A stretch of 64,000 nt of DNA, taken from NCBI GenBank assembly GCA_964559765.1, contig CAZLHU010000001.1, forward strand, positions 9,242 to 73,241. The letters run 5' to 3'. This document shows, one piece after another, positions 1 through 12,140 of this stretch. Within the stretch, counting starts at the first letter, position 1, and every line of letters begins with the position of its first letter. A program made the position numbers and the translations under genes. The notes below the pieces were generated by a model, which was not told the origin of the DNA, searched no databases, and was given only the letters and a program-made list of their open reading frames with translations. The stretch is from an uncultured Candidatus Saccharibacteria bacterium. GTDB lineage: Bacteria > Patescibacteriota > Minisyncoccia > UBA6257 > Colwellbacteraceae.

Positions 1-500
1 TTTATGTAACAAAGAGTAGCGTCAATTTGAAGAGGCATATTGTTGGCAAGACGCTTCTGGATTATTCCGGAAACTATGGCGCGATCGCTCTTGCTGTAAG
101 GTGTGCTTGTCGGCGCAGGCTTTATCTCACGCTCGATCAACGAGGCCACAATAAGCGTTTGTTGAATATTGGTATTCTCTGAAAAAAGAGGTGCCACCTT
201 CAAATTGAAGTTACTTATGAATTTTTGAAGAACTACGTCCGGCGACGACGACACGAAGAACTGATACGTATCCGGAAAAAGATATCCCTCGATGCCCGAT
301 GGCAGATCTTGACCGTTCAGAACTCCGACGTCGTTGAGTTTTTTATTTATCTCCGCAACCGTATATCCCTCTGGTATGGTCACAGTCACCTTAGGAACCA
401 ACATCACGCTGGGTTGACGATGCAGAATAAAAATAAATGTAAAAAGAACTATTAAGCCGATGAGCGCCGCGAAAACCACCCGAATTACCTTCCTCCGCAT

Positions 501-1571
501 CTAAAAAGACGCCTCTTTGGCGATATTTTGAATAATACCGATAAGCAGGGCCACTGTCAACAAATTCGATCCTCCATAGCTAATCAGGGGCAAACCTATC
601 CCTATGACCGGCAAAAAGCCCATATTTGAGCCTATATTTATGACCAAGTGGGCCACAATGAATATGGCCGTGCCCAGACAAATGAAGCGCGAGAAGTTGT
701 TATTCGCGGCCATACCTATGACAAGGATCCTATAGATCATGACCATGAACACCGCTATGAGAAGCAATGCACCGAACACTCCCCACTCTTCAGTGAATGA
801 CGAGAATATGAAATCCGTCGATGCGGCCGGGAGGAAGCCCAACTGCACCTGAGTATCCTGACCGAAACCTTGGCCGAAGAACCCGCCCGACCCTATCGCT
901 ATCTTGGCCTGGATCACGTTGTAATTTATACCCAGCGTCTCATAGGACGGATTGAAAAGTCCTATTATCCTCTCCTTTTGATAGCCAGCCAAACCGAAAT
1001 GCCAAGCCCCCACTCCGATGGCGGCGAGCATCAGCATAAAAACTATCAGATACCTCCAAGGTATTTCACTTACAAGTAGGTAGCCGAACCAGATCGCGAA
1101 CAGGACAAGGGAAGTTCCCAAGTCTTTCTGCAACACCACGAAGATGAATGGCACCAAGAAGTATAGGAAGGAGGCGGCGATCGTTTTCCAACGAGCTATT
1201 GATACGTGACGTAGCGCAAAGAAGCCGGATAGTAAGATTATAAGGGCGGCCTTCATGAACTCCGAAGGCTGGATGAGAATCGGCCCTAGGACAATCCAGC
1301 TATGGTGGCCATTTCTCCCCGGAGCCACCAGATACGTGAGCGCAAGCAGGGCCAGCGCGCCAAGGTAGATACTAAGGATGACCCAGCGATAGCTGAATAT
1401 CGCCCGCAGATTGACGTATGGCAGTGCGAATATGACAGCGAGAGCGAGGGCTATCCAGATCAACTGTCTTATGAATAAAGTGTGGTCTATCGAGGCCAGC
1501 GTAATCAGTCCGGCGGTCAATAGGAACAGGACGGACCCAAGTAGCCAAGCGTCAATTTTGAGTGACTTCAT
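501..1571 (-). CDS. SEDS-family peptidoglycan polymerase (FtsW/RodA/SpoVE)
   Basis: 356-aa polytopic membrane protein with the C-terminal GGFFGQGxGQ...FIFSxxxEEWG motif of FtsW/RodA. Confidence 0.8.
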   Translation of the reverse strand: MKSLKIDAWLLGSVLFLLTAGLITLASIDHTLFIRQLIWIALALAVIFALPYVNLRAIFSYRWVILSIYLGALALLALTYLVAPGRNGHHSWIVLGPILIQPSEFMKAALIILLSGFFALRHVSIARWKTIAASFLYFLVPFIFVVLQKDLGTSLVLFAIWFGYLLVSEIPWRYLIVFMLMLAAIGVGAWHFGLAGYQKERIIGLFNPSYETLGINYNVIQAKIAIGSGGFFGQGFGQDTQVQLGFLPAASTDFIFSSFTEEWGVFGALLLIAVFMVMIYRILVIGMAANNNFSRFICLGTAIFIVAHLVINIGSNMGFLPVIGIGLPLISYGGSNLLTVALLIGIIQNIAKEASF

Positions 1572-2325
1572 AGAGTATCTGGGTCTTTGTTTTGTCCACG
1601 CTGTTTAATGTTCTGATGTCCATTGATGGGAAAAACACCTGGAAAGGCTCCTTGCTAAATGCCGGCACGCTGCCCACGTCCCTATCGGAAGCGCCTATGA
1701 TGTTGCCAGAATTATCGTAAAGGATCGCCGAAAGTTTCAAATCCGTAATATTGGAAGCGGTGTTATTGCTTATTGTCCCGCCCACATATCCCCCGCTCTG
1801 GGTAATGTCGGTGCTGGTGCCGCTGATTGAAAGATCGTATTGCACCACTTTGGCAGACGGCACCCAAGAGACATTGCTGGTCGTCAGGTTTATCGACCCG
1901 ATGTCGGCGGCGTTATCAGGAATGCCCGTAAGGACTATGTATCGAGAACCGTCTGGCGCGATCGAAGACGTGCCGTTAAATGCATCGATCTGTTCGCCAA
2001 GAATAACGCTGTCAACGACAACGTTGTAGGAAAAATCGGCGCCGTAGTCGCCGCTGTCGTCCTTAAAGGTCAGAAGGATCACAGACTGGTCTGTCCCGGC
2101 TTGCAACGGCATCGGCTTAACGGACGTGTCGATGCTTAGATTTTTCAAAGCGCACGGCACACAGGGTCCGCCGCAGTCTACCCCGGTCTCGCCTTGGTTC
2201 TGTATATTGTCGAAACACGTCGGCATTTTCCTGAACCATATGCCGTAGACGCCAAGAATAACCAACAGTGCTATTACTAGATAGACTGCTCCATATATAA
2301 GCTGTTTGGTGGTTCGGTTCATCAC
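1552..2325 (-). CDS. hypothetical membrane-anchored extracellular protein
   Basis: 257-aa ORF with an N-terminal TM helix, a Cys cluster (CGGPCVPC) and an S/T/N-rich body; overlaps the FtsW/RodA stop by 20 nt. Confidence 0.5.
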   Translation of the reverse strand: MMNRTTKQLIYGAVYLVIALLVILGVYGIWFRKMPTCFDNIQNQGETGVDCGGPCVPCALKNLSIDTSVKPMPLQAGTDQSVILLTFKDDSGDYGADFSYNVVVDSVILGEQIDAFNGTSSIAPDGSRYIVLTGIPDNAADIGSINLTTSNVSWVPSAKVVQYDLSISGTSTDITQSGGYVGGTISNNTASNITDLKLSAILYDNSGNIIGASDRDVGSVPAFSKEPFQVFFPSMDIRTLNSVDKTKTQILYEVTQN

Positions 2326-2358
2326 ATAGAGAATAACTCATTATCGGCTATAAAAAAA

Positions 2359-2379
2359 TCCGCCGTTAGGCGGACTTTT
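2359..2379 (-). terminator. intrinsic terminator after 5S rRNA (hairpin tccgcc-gtta-ggcgga flanked by A/T runs)
   Basis: Minus-strand RNA reads a GC hairpin followed by U7, directly downstream of the 5S. Confidence 0.55.
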
Positions 2380-2396
2380 CGAATTGTTTTTAAATG

Positions 2397-2505
2397 CCGG
2401 CAAAGCCTACTTTCGCCCCAAAGGACTATCATCGGCCCCGTACACTTTCACTTCTCTGTTCGGAATGGGAAGAGGTGGTACACATACGGGTAAATCACCG
2501 GCAAA
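2397..2505 (-). rRNA. rrf: 5S rRNA
   Basis: Reverse complement contains CCAUUCCGAACAGAGAAGUGAAAGUGUACGGGGCCGAUGAUAGUCC, matching the conserved 5S core; terminal GCCGGU/GCCGGC helix I. Confidence 0.8.
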
Positions 2506-2567
2506 GGAAAATAACATAAATCGTATACAGTAAGCAAGTAGTAATGGGCCTTAAAATAGCCGGCTTC

Positions 2568-5983
<3,416 letters not shown>

Positions 5984-6105
5984 GGAAACCGACTATCTTA
6001 ATGCTCATTACATCAGACGGACAAGATTAATTCCGCCTGACTTTAAAATGCTTACTTACCTGTATTACGATTTTATGTTGTTAATGTTCCGTCAGTACAG
6101 AAAAA

Positions 6106-6122
6106 CCGCTCTGAGAGCGGCT
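6106..6122 (-). terminator. intrinsic terminator after the pilin-like gene (hairpin ccgctct-cagagcgg plus U5 on the minus strand)
   Basis: GC hairpin plus T-run immediately downstream of the 6381 stop. Confidence 0.5.
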
Positions 6123-6195
6123 TACTTGACTCACGTAAAACACGCTTTGCCTTCAGCCGCCGTAGAAATTAACCTCCTTAACCATTCGTGAGCAC

Positions 6196-6226
6196 ATTAT
6201 ACAGGAAGATGAGAGCCTCCTGTCAA
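6196..6226 (-). promoter_or_regulatory. candidate sigma70-type promoter for 23S-5S (TTGACA-19 nt-TATAAT on the minus strand)
   Basis: Perfect -35 and -10 hexamers about 200 nt upstream of the mature 23S 5' end; the 19-nt spacer is long. Confidence 0.4.
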
Positions 6227-6380
6227 GGAGGCCTTTATCCCCGCCTTACAAGGTGGCATAGACCTATTTAATTATAGTGGGCACTCCTTCGTGTATAGGA
6301 CCCTATTTTTTCATAAAAAGCGGCATGAATCCGCGTAACGGTGCCACATAAAACACGTTATGCAACTTAAATATAGGGCG

Positions 6381-7838
6381 TTAGTACGTTATATAGACAT
6401 AGGTTCCAGCTGTCCCCGTTGTCGTATTGGAATATGTGCCGGACGTCGAGGTCAAGGACCCTGACAGATATATAGAACCTGCGCCTCCGCCGCCTGGCTC
6501 GTTTCCGCCTGAGCAACTATAACCTGACATACAGTTGCCGCCGCCACCGCCGTTGCTGCCTCCTGCTGCTCCCGTACCAGCCGAGCCACCACCCGTACCG
6601 CCTCCGCCGCCGCCTGCGGTATTGAGACCGCTATTTGAACCAGTGCCTCCCACACCAGAGGGGCCTCCTCCTGTACCGCCGGTTCCATTTGCAGTCGTCC
6701 CATTGCCATTTGTTCCAGCAGTAGCAGTGCCGCCAGAAGTGTTGCCGGCTCCGCCTCCGCCAGCACCTCCAGTACCAGCCCCTGCAGACGAAGTACTTGC
6801 AGAACCTCCCACGCCACTTCCCAAAGAACCTCCAGCCCCGCCATTTTGTCCTTGTGCGCCACCGCCTGCGCCACCGCCGCCAAATCCAGCGCCACCGCCA
6901 GCACCGCCTGCGCCGCTAGCTCCAGAACCCGCACCACCGCCACCACCGGCCGCAACTAAAACAGGAAGGTTGGAGACCGCAGAAAAAGTATTATAAGTTC
7001 CTAACCATGAAGCATATCCTCCATTTCCTCCATTTCCATTACCCGTTCCACCCGAAATAAATCCGATATATAACGTACTTCCTGGGGTTACTCCCAAAGT
7101 TCCTGCCGCAATACTTCCGTTTCCGCCTGCGGCATAAGCCGTGGCGATTCCTGCGCTTCCATAGGCGGTGATGGTTATGCTCGTGATGCCGGAAGGGACC
7201 GTCCAGGATTGGACGGATCCGCTGTAGGCAATGGTGGAACTACCGTGGGTCACGGGGCCTCCGCTCAGGGAAACAAGAGAGGGGTTGGTGCCTGCGGCGA
7301 AGAGGGTCGATTGGGATTTGTATTTGGAAGACTCGGGGTTGGAAGATATTTGATACGATGTGCTATTGCAGGCGTATAGATAGTAGAGGCCTGAAGATAT
7401 GGAATTGGTGGGATCAATGGGGAGGTTAGGCAGAGGAGACCCCGTCGTGGAAGAGGCGAAGTTGATCGGTATCCAGCCTGTGCCGTTGATGTTCTTCAGG
7501 TTGGAAGGTGTCACGCAGGAATAGGTGTAGCCGCCGGGGGCCGCGGGAAGACCTAAATCTCCGCATGAAGTGGAAGAGGCGTCAGGTACGGAGACGTATA
7601 TGGTGTTTGGAGTATTGCAGAGAGGCACGTTGTACACCTGGGCCAAAGATATGGCCTTGCTTATCGTTCCCATGTCCGAGAGCCTGGTCGCATCGCGAGA
7701 CTGGGCCAGAAGCTCGACGGGATTCAGGATTACGGTTACGGCTGCGGCGAGTACGCCGAGGATCGCGACCACTATCAGGAGCTCTATCAGGGTGAAGGTT
7801 TTCTTATGGCCCGGTTTAGGGAGTGAAGAGCGGTTCAT
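6381..7838 (-). CDS. type IV pilin-like protein with a roughly 250-aa glycine-rich C-terminal tail
   Basis: N-terminus HKKTFTLIELLIVVAILGVLAAAVTVILNP is homologous to the class III signal of the major pilins at 59.5-61 kb but has Thr instead of Gly at -1; the C-terminus is GGxGGxG-rich. Confidence 0.7.
   Translation of the reverse strand: MNRSSLPKPGHKKTFTLIELLIVVAILGVLAAAVTVILNPVELLAQSRDATRLSDMGTISKAISLAQVYNVPLCNTPNTIYVSVPDASSTSCGDLGLPAAPGGYTYSCVTPSNLKNINGTGWIPINFASSTTGSPLPNLPIDPTNSISSGLYYLYACNSTSYQISSNPESSKYKSQSTLFAAGTNPSLVSLSGGPVTHGSSTIAYSGSVQSWTVPSGITSITITAYGSAGIATAYAAGGNGSIAAGTLGVTPGSTLYIGFISGGTGNGNGGNGGYASWLGTYNTFSAVSNLPVLVAAGGGGGAGSGASGAGGAGGGAGFGGGGAGGGAQGQNGGAGGSLGSGVGGSASTSSAGAGTGGAGGGGAGNTSGGTATAGTNGNGTTANGTGGTGGGPSGVGGTGSNSGLNTAGGGGGGTGGGSAGTGAAGGSNGGGGGNCMSGYSCSGGNEPGGGGAGSIYLSGSLTSTSGTYSNTTTGTAGTYVYITY
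6480..6960. repeat. GC-rich low-complexity (GGN/GCN)n coding repeat inside the pilin-like gene
   Basis: Runs of gccgcc/ggcgg; long ORFs in all frames (Pro-rich plus-strand ORF, Ala-rich minus-strand ORF) are artefacts of this repeat. Confidence 0.7.
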
Positions 7839-7907
7839 TCTTGGATGTAGAGGATAGAAGAATTATATATCTTTTGTTTATCCAATACATTTGAATGCCC
7901 GTAATAA

Positions 7908-8510
7908 TTATTTAGTTTTGCTTGAAGTCGCGGTAGTTACTGTACCGGCGGGAGTCAGGCAGATTTGAACCTTGACTATCGCCTGGGAAGACGGCACATA
8001 GCCTGTATCGCCATATGACTCGTCGAACTCGGGGCCAAGGGCGGTCTTAATGCACGCCTGAGTGGAAGAAGCTTCTCCGTCATACATAGCCTTAAACCCA
8101 CCTGCGTTTATCGGAGCTCCGCCGGGCACCTGCGCAATGGCTATCTCGTCGCCGGTCAGCGCTCCGTCGCAAGTGTAGCCGTATGTCCCAGGACCATACT
8201 GCAACGTTTTCACCGCGAGCTCGGTCACTCCGCCGGCGTGAACGGTTATCTCGCTGCCGCCGATCGATATCACATGGTCCGCATTGTCGTCGTTTTTGAA
8301 AACTAAAGTTTCTCCGTTTACCACCGCTGCATTCTGGGGAGAGATCGAACCGCAATTACTTATCGTCACCATGACCGCCGTCGCTCTGGCGGGACGATTC
8401 GCCTCGTAATAATAGAAGGCGCATATGCCGAGAGCGATAAGAACTATTGCCGCTATCAACCAAATATATAATTTATTTCTCTTGCCTTTGATCGGATTGG
8501 TCTCGTCCAT
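7908..8510 (-). CDS. membrane-anchored secreted protein, cupredoxin-like paralogue A (no Cu ligand set)
   Basis: TM anchor, then I-x-NCGSISPQ...FKNDD...H-I-IGG...YG-GPYGYxCDG, shared with the 8520..8906 gene. Confidence 0.5.
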   Translation of the reverse strand: MDETNPIKGKRNKLYIWLIAAIVLIALGICAFYYYEANRPARATAVMVTISNCGSISPQNAAVVNGETLVFKNDDNADHVISIGGSEITVHAGGVTELAVKTLQYGPGTYGYTCDGALTGDEIAIAQVPGGAPINAGGFKAMYDGEASSTQACIKTALGPEFDESYGDTGYVPSSQAIVKVQICLTPAGTVTTATSSKTK

Positions 8511-8519
8511 GTTTATGAT

Positions 8520-8906
8520 TTATTTGTTTGTAACGACGATTTGATTTGCGGTGAGTTTGCCGTCGCAAATGTAACCGTACGGCCCGGCGCCATATGGAAA
8601 TACGGAACTTAGACTGGAGCTGGCCCCGGCCAGTACGTTTATGGAAACGCCGCCTATAAATATGATGTGGTTGGTCTCGTCGTCATTCTTAAAAATAATG
8701 GGCTGCCCTATGGCGACTGAAGTGCTTTGCGGCGAGATGGAACCGCAGTTTGCTATGTTGATATTCACCCCTTCTGCTGTCCGTCCCGTTAGATTGGGAT
8801 TAAGCCAAAAATATGCGGCGACGACCACAATCACGGCGACGATCGCTACCGATACGATCCAGATCATGTGTTTGTTCTTTTGAGTGTTTAATGCCTCGTT
8901 TTCCAT
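8520..8906 (-). CDS. membrane-anchored secreted protein, cupredoxin-like paralogue B
   Basis: 128 aa with the same motif series as 7908..8510; tandem duplicate. Confidence 0.5.
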   Translation of the reverse strand: MENEALNTQKNKHMIWIVSVAIVAVIVVVAAYFWLNPNLTGRTAEGVNINIANCGSISPQSTSVAIGQPIIFKNDDETNHIIFIGGVSINVLAGASSSLSSVFPYGAGPYGYICDGKLTANQIVVTNK

Positions 8907-8910
8907 CTTG

Positions 8911-10581
8911 TTATGGTGTGACTGTTACCCCGCAGCTGCTTGTCGCGTCCTCTGTGCCGTCGCTGCTTACACAGTCGAGATTGTATTGATAGTACCCTGG
9001 CTCGACGTCGTAGAAGGTGTGCGATCCGCTGGCCGGCTGCGTGCCTGAGAAGCCCAGACCGTTCGAACCGCCGATATTTATGAAGTTCTCCGGGAGCTGC
9101 GATATAGGCAAAGAGTTCCATTGGGATTGGACCGCGCAATGATCGGCGTCCAGAGTGTTCCAGTCCAAACGATAGTCTGTCGGGGCTTTCAGCACGTCCG
9201 TCCCGTCACATTTAAGCTTGCCCGTTACGTATACCTTAGCTCCGGCCGCGGCAGTGATGCCATTTTGTTGCACCACGACCGTCGGGGTATGCGTTCCCGC
9301 CTGAGCATAGTTGCAGGTGAATGGCGTGGATGTTGTGGAGACAAGCTTGGTGCCAGAGTTGTTGAAGTTGATGAAGGAGCTGCTATCAATCGGTCCGTCG
9401 TTACCGTAGACGTAGGCGGCAGATGCGGGGTTGGCCCCAGCAATCAGATTCTGCTCCAACGGAAGATTCCCGTCGCATCTGAGTGACATATTCACCATGC
9501 CCCAGCTGCCGGTCGCAGGCATGATATTGGACACGTTGGCTTTAATACCTACGCCGTTCAATGGGGCTTCTCCGGTTGTGGGTACCACGCTTACCGTATC
9601 CGTGAGCTGTCCAGACGGGAGCAGGGTCACGGTCGCCCCTCCGTAAACGGTCCCGGAACTGCCCGACAAACCATCGGTGCTTACTTGAACTTGATAGACT
9701 CCGGGGCTTGTATAATCGCAGATTGGTCCGGTATTCAAAGCGTTGTAGACCCATTGGAATCCGCCACCTTGAGATACGTATTGCGAATTGTAATTGATGT
9801 CGGTTATATCGGTTGATCCCCCGGCATAACCGCTAATATTCTTCACCGGCGAGCCGTCGCCACAATCTACGTGATAAGTGAAGTAGCCCCCGACACTGAA
9901 ATCGCAATTCACGCCAGGCGGGCAGTACGCATTGGTCTGCCAGGACTGTATGGCGAAACCGACATTTTGCGGGGATTTGCCCACGTAGGGACTCTGGGTA
10001 TCGGGCCATACATTGACTACGTAATCCTTCGGCAGAATGGTGAATGACGGCAGAGTGAAATCGGCCTCGGCGGTTACAGGATTTGAGAAACATTCCTGGT
10101 TATTGTATCTACCCTCATTGACGCAACCTCCGGAACCAGTGCGAACCACATGAATGATCGGAGAATAAGTTCCGGCAACGGGAAAAGTGCACTGGACTGT
10201 ACCGGAGTTGCTTATGTATATGGGAGAGAAATTGAACGCATCTCCCAAATCTCCGGCCCCGGCCGAAACGGTTGGCCCGTAAGTGCCGCTGCCGTCGCAA
10301 TCCACCGAAATTTGATCGGTGCCCGGGAAGTTGCCGAAAACGCCCGGCCTTATACTGATCGTCACATTCGGCTCGTAAATCTGGTTCGAGCTGTACCACT
10401 CCGGATACGGCCAGGGGTAAACCTGCGTTTCGATTGAATATGCCGTATCGGGATACGACACATATATGGAACCCGTATCGGCGAGCGCGGCGGGCTTGGG
10501 CAGGAACGCGATAATCGCTAACGCGACTATCGGCCCTATCCATAATCTCGATATTAATTTCCCAATAATGTCTTTTTTCAT
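8911..10581 (-). CDS. secreted Cys-rich protein with PKD-like repeats
   Basis: Signal peptide (AIIAFLPKPAALA); recurring CDG/CGDGS motifs and about 20 cysteines. Confidence 0.55.
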   Translation of the reverse strand: MKKDIIGKLISRLWIGPIVALAIIAFLPKPAALADTGSIYVSYPDTAYSIETQVYPWPYPEWYSSNQIYEPNVTISIRPGVFGNFPGTDQISVDCDGSGTYGPTVSAGAGDLGDAFNFSPIYISNSGTVQCTFPVAGTYSPIIHVVRTGSGGCVNEGRYNNQECFSNPVTAEADFTLPSFTILPKDYVVNVWPDTQSPYVGKSPQNVGFAIQSWQTNAYCPPGVNCDFSVGGYFTYHVDCGDGSPVKNISGYAGGSTDITDINYNSQYVSQGGGFQWVYNALNTGPICDYTSPGVYQVQVSTDGLSGSSGTVYGGATVTLLPSGQLTDTVSVVPTTGEAPLNGVGIKANVSNIMPATGSWGMVNMSLRCDGNLPLEQNLIAGANPASAAYVYGNDGPIDSSSFINFNNSGTKLVSTTSTPFTCNYAQAGTHTPTVVVQQNGITAAAGAKVYVTGKLKCDGTDVLKAPTDYRLDWNTLDADHCAVQSQWNSLPISQLPENFINIGGSNGLGFSGTQPASGSHTFYDVEPGYYQYNLDCVSSDGTEDATSSCGVTVTP

Positions 10582-10598
10582 AATACGTTACCTAAATC

Positions 10599-12140
10599 TT
10601 ATGGCCTTATTTCTTTTATGAAGGGAGAGGAAGATTGATTGCTCCCCATCGAAACAGTGGCTGGGAAAGAATTGTTGCCACTGGGGTTGGAGCAGCTAAG
10701 TACGTATGTCGTGGTGCTGACAGGACTGACGCTCGTAGAGCCGGATAGGTTGGATACCGTACCTATACCTTGATCGATCGAGCAAGACTGCGCGTTTGAA
10801 CAGCTCCAAGACAGCGTCGATGATTGCGGCGGAATTATGCTGCTTGGGTCGCCGTTGAACGAACAGCTTGGTAGATTCGGGGTTACGGTCGTTACTGTGA
10901 AACTGTCGAAGCATGGTCCGGAAGCCGGCAACGTGCAGCCGCCCGTCGTTCCTCCGGTCGGCGCAGTGGGCGATGACGAATTCACCGGGCTGGTCGGCTG
11001 CGTCACGCTGCCCCCCGATGTGACGACGACTTGTACGATACCGCTCACTTGTTGTTGCGACGTAGTGGATCCCGAGCAGCTGTTGGTCTGCTGTCCTGGG
11101 GTCGTACCGGTGATTGTATAGTCGTAGGTGCCCGGGGACGACAACGACATAGGAGATGAGTGGTACTGTTCCGGCGAAGCGCCGGCCAGACAGCCGCTGC
11201 CCGAGACGGAAAGACCGGGGCCGGTGACGCTGCAATTCGTAATCACGTTCACCGAACACCAGTTAATAGTGAAGGTCTGTCCAACCGTCTTGGTAATGGT
11301 GCTGCTTCCGGGAGCCGTGCAGCCATTATTAGATGTTGCCGCCCCAACACTCACGGTCACGCTCTGTGGGGACGATTTAACATTGCCCGTAGTGTCGTAA
11401 CAGGTAAGCGTGTACGTCGTCGTTTGGGTCGGCGAAACCTTTTGCGAGCCGCTTGTATTTTCATATCCGCTCCACCCATTGCTTGCACTGCATCCGTAGG
11501 CATTGCTTGTCGACCACGACAGGGTGGCGGACTGCCCGGATGTTATCGAAGTTGGGCTTGATGAAAAAGATGTAATGGCAGGAGTTCCGGCGGCACCTAC
11601 GCTTACGCTGCTAGTTTGCATCGGACTGCTTCCACCAGATCCAGTGCATTGCATACCAGTGGTGTACGTCCCAGCCGAAGAAGGAGTGATGGAAAGCGAG
11701 CCACTAGTGCCGTATGAGCCGCCATGATATCCGGTACAGGCTGTTGCGTTGGTCGACGACCAAGTCAAGGTAAACGAGCTTCCCAAGTTAATTGATGACG
11801 GATTTGCCGAAACGCTTACGGTTGCCGCGGGGGTTGCGGTCACGACAGTCATAGTGTCCTGTATGGACCAGCCGGTTGTTCCGGATAAATTTATGTTCCA
11901 CCAAGTATAGCCGTTGGCAGACGATGGGCCGCCTATAATAGTGGCTGTAGATCCGGACGCCGCTGCGGTTATCACCGAGCAGCTGGTGCCGGCACATGAG
12001 CGCACATTCGTAGCGGAGGTGAATTGCACCGTATTGCCTGTTTGCACGGCATAAGCCTGACCAGTAATTATAAACACACTCAGTACGGAAAGGGTCAGTA
12101 TAGAAATGACAATTGTCGGCTTATTGCTCATCTTCATCAT
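10599..12140 (-). CDS. secreted S/T-rich surface protein with an N-terminal SH3b-like domain
   Basis: Probable start at MMKMSN (12140; the ORF track extends it to 12239); signal peptide; VRSCAGTSCSVI...GYTWWNINLSGTTGW resembles bacterial SH3b domains. Confidence 0.55.
   Translation of the reverse strand: MMKMSNKPTIVISILTLSVLSVFIITGQAYAVQTGNTVQFTSATNVRSCAGTSCSVITAAASGSTATIIGGPSSANGYTWWNINLSGTTGWSIQDTMTVVTATPAATVSVSANPSSINLGSSFTLTWSSTNATACTGYHGGSYGTSGSLSITPSSAGTYTTGMQCTGSGGSSPMQTSSVSVGAAGTPAITSFSSSPTSITSGQSATLSWSTSNAYGCSASNGWSGYENTSGSQKVSPTQTTTYTLTCYDTTGNVKSSPQSVTVSVGAATSNNGCTAPGSSTITKTVGQTFTINWCSVNVITNCSVTGPGLSVSGSGCLAGASPEQYHSSPMSLSSPGTYDYTITGTTPGQQTNSCSGSTTSQQQVSGIVQVVVTSGGSVTQPTSPVNSSSPTAPTGGTTGGCTLPASGPCFDSFTVTTVTPNLPSCSFNGDPSSIIPPQSSTLSWSCSNAQSCSIDQGIGTVSNLSGSTSVSPVSTTTYVLSCSNPSGNNSFPATVSMGSNQSSSPFIKEIRP

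Noticed and set aside
6452-6996. Long ORFs on both strands (153-aa Pro-rich plus strand, 167-aa Ala/Leu-rich minus strand) overlapping the pilin-like gene
   Set aside because: They lie entirely within the GC-rich (GGN)n repeat. Alternate-frame and antisense ORFs are expected by chance in such sequence, and they have no start context or independent features.
10115-11561. Multiple 90-190 aa ORFs in other frames
   Set aside because: They are embedded in the large secreted-protein genes and are Arg-rich shadow frames.
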